From NCBI GenBank assembly GCA_965224025.1, contig OZ245033.1:1120001-1184000 (forward strand): 64,000 nucleotides of DNA, read 5' to 3'. The translations under genes were made by a program, and so were the position numbers. Shown here piece after piece: positions 55,031 through 62,963 of this stretch (its first letter is position 1; the number at the start of each line of letters is the position of its first letter). Under the pieces are notes generated by a model. It saw only the letters and a program-made list of their open reading frames with translations. It was not told the DNA's origin and made no database searches. The DNA is from Candidatus Multivorans sp. (GTDB lineage Bacteria; Acidobacteriota; Thermoanaerobaculia; Multivoradales; Multivoraceae).

Positions 55031-57067
55031 CTACTCCGGCAGGCTGAACGCGACGTACTCGCCCCCCGAGGGCCCTCCCGTCCTACCGCCGCCCGCGGCG
55101 ATCACGACGTACTGCTTGCCGTCCACGCTGTAGACGGCCGGTGTCGCGTACGCCGCGGCCGACAGCTTGGTCTCCCACGGGATCTCGCCGTTCCGCGTGT
55201 CGTAGGCGCGGAACTTCTCGTCCGGCGTCGCGGCGATGAAGATGAGGCCGGAGGCCGTCACCACCGGGCCGCCGTAGTTCACGGCGCCGAAGCCGAGATC
55301 GGGGTGCGAGGGATAGTCGCCGAACGGCACCTTCCAGGCGATCTCGCCGGTCGAAAGATCGATCGAGTTCAGCGTGCCCCAGGGCGGGGAGTTGCCGGGC
55401 AGGTTCTCATGGTCGCGCAGGTAGACGTAGCCGCCGAGGACGTAGGCGACCTCGCCTCTGGGCTCGTCGACCTCGGGTTCGGGATCGAGGATGTACGCCT
55501 CGATGGCGCCGAGCTCGACCCGGTTGAGATGGTCGAAGCCCTCCATGCGGCCGCTGCCCTCGCGGACAATGCGGCGAATCTCGGCAAGCTCCATGCGATC
55601 GCCGACGCCGAGCAGGGGGGCCGCCATGTCGGTGCCCTCGAGTTTCAGCCCGTGACACCGGCCGCAGTGCCGCGCATAGGTGCCGTACCGGCTGAAGCCG
55701 ACGGGCACTTCGGTGAGATTCAGAATGCCGGCGACATCGTTCGCATTGACGATCAGATGGTTGGTGTTCGGGTCGAACGCCGAGCCGCCCCACTCGCCGC
55801 CGCCGTCGTACCACGGCATGAAGAGCACGGTGCCGACCTTGGGCGGCGCCCAGGGGCGCAGATCCCAGTCCTTGATCCGCTCCTCGACGAATTCGCGCGC
55901 CGCCGGGGTGCGGTTCGTGATCTCGACGTCCTGCCGACTGATGACCACGGCCGAAAGCGGCTGCGTCGGCGCCGTCACCTCGCCAGGGAGCGTGCTTGGA
56001 ATCGGCGTTTCGATCTCGTGGATGGGGTACATCGACTCGCCGGTCTCCCGGTCGAAGACGTAGAGCTGCCCCGTCTTCGTCGTGATGGCCACGGCATCGA
56101 TCGTCTGGCCGTCGCGTTCGAGCTGAACCAGGGTCGGCGGCGAGGGGTTGTCCTTGTCCCAGAGGTCGTGGCGGACGACCTGAAAGTGCCACGTCAGTTC
56201 GCCGGTGCGCGCGTCGACCGCCACCAGGGAGTCCGAGAACAGGTTGCCGCCCAGGCGGTTCGCGCCGTAGAAGTCGGGGGTCGCCGACCCGGTCGGCGCG
56301 AACAGGATGCCGCGCTCCTCGTCGAGCGCCATGCCGGACCAGACGTTGGCGCCGCCGGCCCGCTCGAGCGATCCTTCGGCCCAGGTCTCGGAACCGAAAT
56401 CGCCCGGCGCCGGAATGGTGTCGAACTGCCAGACCAGGCTGCCGTCCACCGCGCTGAAGGCCCGAATCGAACCTGGGTACGCGTTGGCGTCCTCGTTGGT
56501 TGAGAAGCCCAAGATCAGCTTGTCCTCGAAGACGACGCCGGGCACGGTGATGTAGATGCGACCGTCTCGGTCCACGTCGGGCGTGAGGTCGAGTCCGCCG
56601 CCGTCGCCGAAGCTCTCGACCGGCGTGCCGTCGTCTGCGTTGAGCGCGATCAGGTCCTTGCCGTGAGTGAAGAAGAGGCGCCTGTCGTCGCCCTTCTCCC
56701 ACCACATCAGTCCCCGCTGGGCGTTGCCCGGCAGGCCCAGGTCGGAGCGCCAGATCTCCTCGCCCGTGGCCGCGTTCAGGGCGAACGCCTCGAGCTGGGG
56801 CGACAGCGCGTAGAGCACCCCGTCGATGACCAGGGGGCTCGTGTACATCGTGGCGCCCGCTCCCCGGGGCTCGCCCGAGTCATAGACCCAGGCGACTTCG
56901 AGCTGGCTCACGTTGTCCCGGTTGATCTCGGTCAGCGGGCTGTAGTGCTGGCGGCCCGAGTCGCCGAGGTAGACGGGCCAGTCTTCATCGGTGGGACCGC
57001 AAGCAGTGATCAGAAACGCCACCACGAGGGGCGCGGCGCGGTTCGAGGCCGGTCGAGCGGATCGCAT
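55031..57067 (-). CDS. PQQ-dependent (glucose/quinate-type) dehydrogenase lipoprotein with internal c-type heme domain
   Basis: Lipobox ITAC; YSPL.EIN..NV..L..AW, GGANVWSG, HDLWD.D, CGRCH, PPWGTL and ATPAVY..DGKQY. Confidence 0.88.
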   Translation of the reverse strand: MRSARPASNRAAPLVVAFLITACGPTDEDWPVYLGDSGRQHYSPLTEINRDNVSQLEVAWVYDSGEPRGAGATMYTSPLVIDGVLYALSPQLEAFALNAATGEEIWRSDLGLPGNAQRGLMWWEKGDDRRLFFTHGKDLIALNADDGTPVESFGDGGGLDLTPDVDRDGRIYITVPGVVFEDKLILGFSTNEDANAYPGSIRAFSAVDGSLVWQFDTIPAPGDFGSETWAEGSLERAGGANVWSGMALDEERGILFAPTGSATPDFYGANRLGGNLFSDSLVAVDARTGELTWHFQVVRHDLWDKDNPSPPTLVQLERDGQTIDAVAITTKTGQLYVFDRETGESMYPIHEIETPIPSTLPGEVTAPTQPLSAVVISRQDVEITNRTPAAREFVEERIKDWDLRPWAPPKVGTVLFMPWYDGGGEWGGSAFDPNTNHLIVNANDVAGILNLTEVPVGFSRYGTYARHCGRCHGLKLEGTDMAAPLLGVGDRMELAEIRRIVREGSGRMEGFDHLNRVELGAIEAYILDPEPEVDEPRGEVAYVLGGYVYLRDHENLPGNSPPWGTLNSIDLSTGEIAWKVPFGDYPSHPDLGFGAVNYGGPVVTASGLIFIAATPDEKFRAYDTRNGEIPWETKLSAAAYATPAVYSVDGKQYVVIAAGGGRTGGPSGGEYVAFSLPE

Positions 57068-57169
57068 GGCGAGCAATCGTACTTGCTCGTCGGAGACTGC
57101 TTCTTCCTCGGAGTCGCGTGTATCCTGAGCGGTACAAGTCCAAACGCGGTTCGAAAGGGGAACGACCCG

Positions 57170-58639
57170 ATGAAGAGGCTCACCCTGTCATCCATGCGTC
57201 CGATGACGGACGCATGGACTGCTTCACGAGTGGCGCGGATCGCGCCACTCGGGTTCGTTTTCTCGAGCTTCCTGCTGGCGGCGACGGCTGCCGCGCAGGA
57301 GCCACCGAACATCGTCCTGCTGTTCGCCGACGACCTCGGCTACGGCGCCATCTCCGCTTACGGAGGCGCCGGGATCCCGACGCCGAACATCGACTCGCTC
57401 GGCGAGGACGGAGTGCGCTTCGTGTCCGGCTACATGACCGCGCCGGTCTGCAACCCGTCGCGCAACGGCCTGATCACCGGCCGCTACCAGCAGCGCTGGG
57501 GCAAGGAGCTGAACTCCCAGACCGTACCGCCGATCGGCGCTGCCAGGGGGACTCTCGGCATCCACCACCAAACGATCGGCGACGCGCTCCAGACCGCCGG
57601 CTACACGAACGCTGCGGTCGGCAAGTGGCAATTGGGGATGCGGCGGCTCCTCCACCCGCTCGACCGCGGCTTCGACTACTTCTACGGCATGCCGTCGGGC
57701 ATGAACTACGTCGACCCGAGCTGGCCCGGCGCTCACGCGCTGGAGATGAAGCCGGTCACCCGAGGAAGTCCGGACCGCATCGTCGCGATGTTCAAGGGCC
57801 GCGAGGAGGACGAGCTCAAGGAGTACCAGACCACCCAGCTCGCCCGCGAGGGAACCGACTTCATCGACCGCAACAAGGACAACCCCTTCTTCCTCTACCT
57901 CGCCTTCTACGCGGTGCATGCTCCGATGCAGGTGATGGACGAGCACTACCAGCGCTTCCCGGACTTCGACGACCAGTACCGGCGCGTGTACGCCGGCATG
58001 GTCAGCGCGCTGGACGACGCCGTCGGCATGGTCCTGGCCAAGCTCGAGGAACACGGTTTGGCCGACAACACGCTGGTCATCTTCACCGCCGACAACGGCG
58101 CCATGTCCACGCAGGACACCGAGCGGATTCACAACAGCCCGCTGATCGGCCACAAGCGGAACCTGTACGAGGGCGGCATCCGGGTGCCCTTCCTGATGCG
58201 CTTCCCCGGCCGCATTCCCGCGGGCACGGTCTACGAGCACCCGATCAGCTCGCTGGACATCTTCGCCACTTCGGTGAGCCTGGCGGCGGTGCCGGACGTG
58301 GAGCGCTACCAGCTCGACGGCGTCGATCTGTTGCCGTACCTCGCCGGCGAGCAGGAGGGCGCGCCGCACGAGTACCTGTTCTGGCGCTCGGGGCCGAACG
58401 CCGCGGTCCGCCACGGTTCCTGGAAGCTCCTGATGGCTGGAGGCCTGGAGCGGCTCTACGACGTCGACCGGGATTCGAGCGAATCAGAGGACCTGGCCGC
58501 CGCGAACCCGGATATCGTCGCGAAGCTGAAGGAGGCGTTCGCGCGCTGGAACGAGGAGATGGAGGACGGCCGGATGTCACCGCCCGCCCGGCGCGCGACG
58601 ACGACCTACAACGGCGACACCATCGAGTGGCACATCTAG
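57170..58639 (+). CDS. Secreted Cys-type arylsulfatase-family sulfatase
   Basis: Signal peptide; PNIVLLFADDLGYG, CNPSR (CxPxR), GKW, DNG and YEGGIRVP. Confidence 0.92.
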   Translation: MKRLTLSSMRPMTDAWTASRVARIAPLGFVFSSFLLAATAAAQEPPNIVLLFADDLGYGAISAYGGAGIPTPNIDSLGEDGVRFVSGYMTAPVCNPSRNGLITGRYQQRWGKELNSQTVPPIGAARGTLGIHHQTIGDALQTAGYTNAAVGKWQLGMRRLLHPLDRGFDYFYGMPSGMNYVDPSWPGAHALEMKPVTRGSPDRIVAMFKGREEDELKEYQTTQLAREGTDFIDRNKDNPFFLYLAFYAVHAPMQVMDEHYQRFPDFDDQYRRVYAGMVSALDDAVGMVLAKLEEHGLADNTLVIFTADNGAMSTQDTERIHNSPLIGHKRNLYEGGIRVPFLMRFPGRIPAGTVYEHPISSLDIFATSVSLAAVPDVERYQLDGVDLLPYLAGEQEGAPHEYLFWRSGPNAAVRHGSWKLLMAGGLERLYDVDRDSSESEDLAAANPDIVAKLKEAFARWNEEMEDGRMSPPARRATTTYNGDTIEWHI

Positions 58640-58731
58640 GAGTGTCCGCAGCGTTGTCGCTGCGCTGTCGCGCAGGGAACAGGCAGCGAGTAGCCAACGT
58701 TACAGCGGCGTCGTGGGTTCATAGAGTTGGC

Positions 58732-58887
58732 CGCGCTGGGCAGCGAGGCCGCGCAGGCACTGGTGTGTTGGCGCCCGACTAGGAGTTTGGCCCGGACCGT
58801 GATCGGCGCTCTGACGCTGGCGGCGCGGCTTGTGTCGCGACCCCGTATGCAAGATTGAGCTTTTCGCCGCGGTCTCTGCCCAGCGCG
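58732..58887 (+). ncRNA. Candidate IS110 bridge/seek RNA
   Basis: Long stem (58732-58753 with 58868-58887) enclosing ctaggagt (58779-58786, target-left plus core) and atgcaag (58847-58853, right end plus core). Confidence 0.65.
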
Positions 58888-58920
58888 ACGATTGGATTCC
58901 ACATCTACGGGAGGCAGGGG

Positions 58921-60240
58921 ATGGCAAAGCGGAAGGCGGAGCGTCTGGAAGTCGTTCACCCGGATTGCGCCGGTGTGGACGTAGGCAAGCGCAAGCACTA
59001 CGTGGCGGTGGCCCCGTCGCGTTTCGAGCGGCCGGTGCGCAATTTCTCGTCGTTCACGGAGGACCTCGAGGTGATGGCCTCGTGGCTTCAGGAGTGCGGC
59101 GTGCGTGAGGTGGCGCTGGAGTCGACGGGGGTGTACTGGATTCCGGTGTTCGAGGTGCTGGACCGGGCGGGGTTCGAGGTGCATCTGGTGAATCCTCGGG
59201 CGACCAAGCAGGTGAGTGGCCGCAAGAGTGACGTTCTGGACTGCCAGTGGATCCGGCAGTTGATGAGCTACGGGCTCCTGCGCGGTGCGTTTCGCGCGCC
59301 GGACGAGTTGTGTCCGCTGCGTTCGTACACGCGGCAGCGCGCCCAGTTGGTCCGCGACCGCAGCCGCGCGGTGCAGCACATCCAGAAGGCTCTGGTGCAG
59401 ATGAACGTGCAGTTGGACAACGTGCTGAGCGACATCATGGGCAAGACCGGCCAGTTGATCGTGCGCGCGATCGTCGCCGGCGAGCGCGACGGCGCGGCGC
59501 TGGCCCGTCACCGGGACGGTCGCTGCAAGGCTGGTCCGGCTGTGATCGCGGCGAGTTTGCAAGGCAACTGGCGAGACGAGCACCTGTTCGCTCTGGGCCA
59601 GGCGCTGGCCCGCTACGACATGCTGCAAGGCCAGATCGAGATGTGCGAGAAGCGCATCGACGCCGAGCTCGACGGCCTGGCCCAAGACGGCGTCGAGGAC
59701 GCGCCGCCGCCCGGTTCGAAGGCGCGCGAGCGCGCCCTGCGGAAGCGGCTGCATCGCATGCTCGGCGTGGACCTGGTCGCCATTCCGACGGTCGGCGTCG
59801 AAACCGCGCTGACCTTCGCCGCTGAGATCGGCCCGGACCTGTCCCGGTTTCCCTCGCAGGGCAACTTCTGCTCGTGGCTGTGTCTGGCTCCACCGACCAA
59901 CATCAGCGGCGACAAACGGCTGAACGGCCCTCCCGTGAAGCAGACCAACCGGGTCGGCCAGACGCTGCGCCAAGCCGCCACCACAGCCCGCAACAGCAAG
60001 ACCGCCATCGGAGCCTCTCACCGCCGGCGTCTCCAGCACATGGAGAAGGCGAAGGCCATCAAGGCCACCGCTCATCAACTCGGCCGACTGATCTACGCCA
60101 TGCTGACCCACGGCGAAGAGTACGTCGAGCGCGACCTCGCCGAAATGGAGGCCGTCCGACGCGAACGACAAATCAGAAACCTGCAGCGTCAGGCCCGCCG
60201 CCTGAATCTGGCTCTCGTGCCGACCGAACATGCCGCCTGA
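58921..60240 (+). CDS. IS110 family DEDD recombinase/transposase
   Basis: GVDVG, ALESTGVYW, KSDVLD, IPTVG, RFPS and PPTNISG; GGGAGG RBS upstream. Confidence 0.95.
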   Translation: MAKRKAERLEVVHPDCAGVDVGKRKHYVAVAPSRFERPVRNFSSFTEDLEVMASWLQECGVREVALESTGVYWIPVFEVLDRAGFEVHLVNPRATKQVSGRKSDVLDCQWIRQLMSYGLLRGAFRAPDELCPLRSYTRQRAQLVRDRSRAVQHIQKALVQMNVQLDNVLSDIMGKTGQLIVRAIVAGERDGAALARHRDGRCKAGPAVIAASLQGNWRDEHLFALGQALARYDMLQGQIEMCEKRIDAELDGLAQDGVEDAPPPGSKARERALRKRLHRMLGVDLVAIPTVGVETALTFAAEIGPDLSRFPSQGNFCSWLCLAPPTNISGDKRLNGPPVKQTNRVGQTLRQAATTARNSKTAIGASHRRRLQHMEKAKAIKATAHQLGRLIYAMLTHGEEYVERDLAEMEAVRRERQIRNLQRQARRLNLALVPTEHAA

Positions 60241-60294
60241 ATCGCGCAACCTGCGCTGCCAACAAGGAACCCCTACCCGTTTGTTCCATGCAAG

Positions 60295-60344
60295 TCTGCG
60301 CGGCAGAAACGCAACATGGTGAGTTCTGGCGCGCAGACTCCTGG
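60295..60344. repeat. Remainder of the palindromic (REP-like) IS110 target, including an unoccupied inverted copy
   Basis: tctgcgcggcagaa and ttctggcgcgcagactcctgg (reverse complement ccaggAGtctgcgcgccagaa). Confidence 0.75.
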
Positions 60345-60681
60345 CGAGGCTTCGCCTCAGACCGACGAGCATGTCCTTGCGGGCTACGCGAGCCGACGTA
60401 TCGATGCATGGCTCTGGCTGAAACTTGCCTCAACTGTAAAGACCACGCTCGTTCAAGGAGTCTAGTGAGGTGGGGGCTGGGGCCAAACACGGAGCTGCGA
60501 CGGGTTGGCGGCTCTAGCCCGCATGCCTCGCCGATCCTCTTGGTGTGGATCCTCGTTCGGCGGGGATAGACTTCAGTCCCTTGCCGGGGCTCTGCAGTGC
60601 CGTGAGATGGCCTGCCCTCGCTCCGTAAAGCGGACGCCTCCGACCGGAGACGTTCCCTGAAGCAGGGAGAACAAGATCGAG

Positions 60682-60804
60682 ATGACGACCCACGACACAA
60701 CCGCGGCGCTTGCCGGGCCCGGCGGCTTTGCCGACATCCGGGCGACCGGCAGCAGTGCCTGCATCGTCAACGCGCCGGACTTCAAGCCGCACGCCTTCTC
60801 CTGA
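60682..60804 (+). CDS. Possible 40-aa small protein or gene remnant
   Basis: MTTHDTTAALAGPGGFADIRATGSSACIVNAPDFKPHAFS; AGGGAG upstream and GC-rich third codon positions. Confidence 0.25.
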   Translation: MTTHDTTAALAGPGGFADIRATGSSACIVNAPDFKPHAFS

Positions 60805-60944
60805 TCGCGGGTGACTCCGGCGACACCGGCCGGAAGGCCGGCGTACCGGGAGCTGCGGCGCCGGCGTGCAGGGGGCGTATTGCTGCGGTTCGGAAGCCGC
60901 GGCGCCTAGCGCCTCCGGTAGAGTGAGCCGCTTAGGAGGCCACG

Positions 60945-62063
60945 TTGACCACAGAGAATTCCACACCGACGAACCGATCCGTTTGGGGCGTCCACGCGGC
61001 CGTCTACGCGGTCCTGCTTGCAGTCATCGCGTTCCTGGTCCTGCGCCCCGAGCCCGGGGCCTCGGCCCAGGAGGCGAGCGCTCAGGACCAGGCGGCCGCG
61101 CGGCTCGACGGCGTGGACATCGGCCACGGCGAGGCGCTTGATCGGGCGGCCGCGCAGTTGGACGAGTTGGAGCAGCAGCGCGTCCAGTGCGACCTGCAGG
61201 TCAACTCCGAGCGGCATGGCCTGATCGAGCGGACGCTCGAGGGGATCGTCCGCGACCGCCTGGTCATTGCTGCTGCCGGGGAGGCGGGTCTGGCGCCCGA
61301 GGTCTGGCGGGAGGCGGAGATGGAGCGTCTCCAGGCCGAGCTTTCGGACGAGGACATCGACGCCTTCTTCACCGAGAACGAGGGCCGCATCCGGGGTGAG
61401 CGGGAGGAACTCGAGCCTCAGGTCCGGGTGTACCTGGCCCAGCAGCGGTTCGTGGAGTTTCTCGAGGACGGGCACGAGATCGAGTATCTGGTCGAGCCGT
61501 ACCGTCTCTCGGTCGATCCCGCGACCGGGCCGGCACGAGGCGGGGCCGAGGCGCTGGTGACGATCGTGGAGTGGTCGGACTTCGAGTGCCCGTACTGCAA
61601 GCGGATCCTGCCGACCCTGGAACAGCTCTTCGAGGAGTACCCGACGGAGGTGCGCCTGGTGTTCCGTCACTTCCCGCTGCACGCGATCCATCCCAACGCC
61701 CAGGCCGCGGCCGAGGCCGCGGTGTGCGCCCAGGACCAGGGCGCCTTCTGGGCGCTGCACGACCTGATGTTCGAGGAGCAGGACACGCTTGGCGTGGACG
61801 ACCTGAAAGACAAGGCGGAGAGGGCCGGCCTCGACGCGGAGGCCTTCGCGGCTTGCATGGAGGCCGAGGACACGCCGGGTCGCGTGGAGGCCGACCGGCG
61901 GGCCGGGATCGAGGTCGGGGTCAACGGGACGCCGGCGCTGTTCGTGAACGGCCGGCCGCTCGCGGGGGCGGTCGCCTACGAAGAGTTGGCCGGGGTGGTC
62001 GAGGACGAGCTCGTTCGGACCGCGGCGGGAGGGCAGTCGTCGGACTCGGGGAAGGGGCTTTGA
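60945..62063 (+). CDS. Membrane-anchored DsbA/thioredoxin-fold disulfide oxidoreductase
   Basis: VTIVEWSDFECPYC, RHFPL..H and GVNGTP (cis-Pro loop); N-terminal TM helix. Confidence 0.9.
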   Translation: MTTENSTPTNRSVWGVHAAVYAVLLAVIAFLVLRPEPGASAQEASAQDQAAARLDGVDIGHGEALDRAAAQLDELEQQRVQCDLQVNSERHGLIERTLEGIVRDRLVIAAAGEAGLAPEVWREAEMERLQAELSDEDIDAFFTENEGRIRGEREELEPQVRVYLAQQRFVEFLEDGHEIEYLVEPYRLSVDPATGPARGGAEALVTIVEWSDFECPYCKRILPTLEQLFEEYPTEVRLVFRHFPLHAIHPNAQAAAEAAVCAQDQGAFWALHDLMFEEQDTLGVDDLKDKAERAGLDAEAFAACMEAEDTPGRVEADRRAGIEVGVNGTPALFVNGRPLAGAVAYEELAGVVEDELVRTAAGGQSSDSGKGL

Positions 62064-62172
62064 TGCTGGATGAGCGGGCGGGTGGCTGACGGCACAGCTT
62101 CGTGGTCGCGGGCGCCGTACCGGCCGCCGGCCGAGTTTCCGAGAGGCTGGTCGTCGAGATGCGAGCGGGAGC

Positions 62173-62889
62173 GTGACTGATACCGGCGCTCCCGTCTTCG
62201 TCCCGTACCGGCCCCCGCGCGTCGAACCGGCGGAGATGGAGCGACGGGCGGACCGGATCTTCAAGGAGTTCGACAGCCGGCGGAGCGTGCGTTTCTTCAC
62301 CGACGAGCCGGTGTCCCGCCGGCTGATCGAACGGGCGATCGAGGCCGCGTCGACCGCGCCGTCGGGAGCGCATCGCCAGCCGTGGCGGTTCGTGGCGGTC
62401 AGCGACCCCGGGATCAAGGCGCGGATCCGGGAGGCGGCGGAGGCCGAAGAGAAGCACGGCTATCTCGGTGGGCGCATGCCCGACGAGTGGCTGGAGGCGC
62501 TCAAGCCGCTGGGCACGGACTGGCGGAAGCCGTTCCTGACCACCGTGCCCTGGATCGTCGTCGTGTTCGCCGAGCTCTTCGGCTTTGACGAGCAGGGGGC
62601 GAAGCGGAAGAACTACTACGTCAAGGAGAGCGTCGGCATCGCCTGCGGGCTGTTCATCGCCGCCCTGCACGGGATGGGACTCGCCACCCTGACCCACACG
62701 CCGAGCCCGATGGCCTTCCTGAGCGAGATCCTCGAGCGGCCGCCGAACGAGAAGCCGTACATTTTGTTCCCGGTCGGCTACCCGGCGCCGGACTGCGAGG
62801 TGCCCGACCTGCGGCGCAAGACGCTGTCCGAGGTGACAGTGTGGCGCCCGGGGCGCACGGATGGCGCCCGCGGCGCGGCCGGCGACTGA
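62173..62889 (+). CDS. Nitroreductase-superfamily flavoprotein, iodotyrosine deiodinase-like
   Basis: RRSVRFF, TAPSGAHRQPW, AEAEE..Y, LGTDWRKPFL, YYVKESVGIACG, TLTHTP and RPPNEKP...PVGYPA. Confidence 0.85.
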   Translation: MTDTGAPVFVPYRPPRVEPAEMERRADRIFKEFDSRRSVRFFTDEPVSRRLIERAIEAASTAPSGAHRQPWRFVAVSDPGIKARIREAAEAEEKHGYLGGRMPDEWLEALKPLGTDWRKPFLTTVPWIVVVFAELFGFDEQGAKRKNYYVKESVGIACGLFIAALHGMGLATLTHTPSPMAFLSEILERPPNEKPYILFPVGYPAPDCEVPDLRRKTLSEVTVWRPGRTDGARGAAGD

Positions 62890-62900
62890 GCCGCGACAGC

Positions 62901-62963
62901 ATGGTGGTCTTCAACCTGGCCGGCGGAGTCGGCCCGCGGTTCTGGCCGGTGAGCAGGGCATGA
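62901..62963 (+). pseudogene. 20-codon diverged copy of the manC N-terminus (MVVFNLAGGVGPRFWPVSRA)
   Basis: Tandem copy with a 59-bp offset and about 49/59 identical nt; its stop overlaps the manC ATG (ATGA). Confidence 0.8.

Larger units (their letters stand above)
58643..60294 (+). mobile_element. IS110-family insertion sequence (AG core at 58641-58642 and 60293-60294)
   Basis: Removing it re-forms the palindrome ctaggAGtctgcgcggcagaa...ttctggcgcgcagactcctgg; contains a transposase and a long 5' non-coding region. Confidence 0.88.

Noticed and set aside
58855-58920. TTG start for the IS110 transposase
   Set aside because: Overlaps the structured leader; ATG 58921 has an RBS and a family-typical N-terminus.
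60281-60294. Junction promoter formed on IS circularisation
   Set aside because: TTGTTC could serve as a -35, but the hexamer 17 nt on in the joined left end (CGTTGT) is a poor -10; not supportable.
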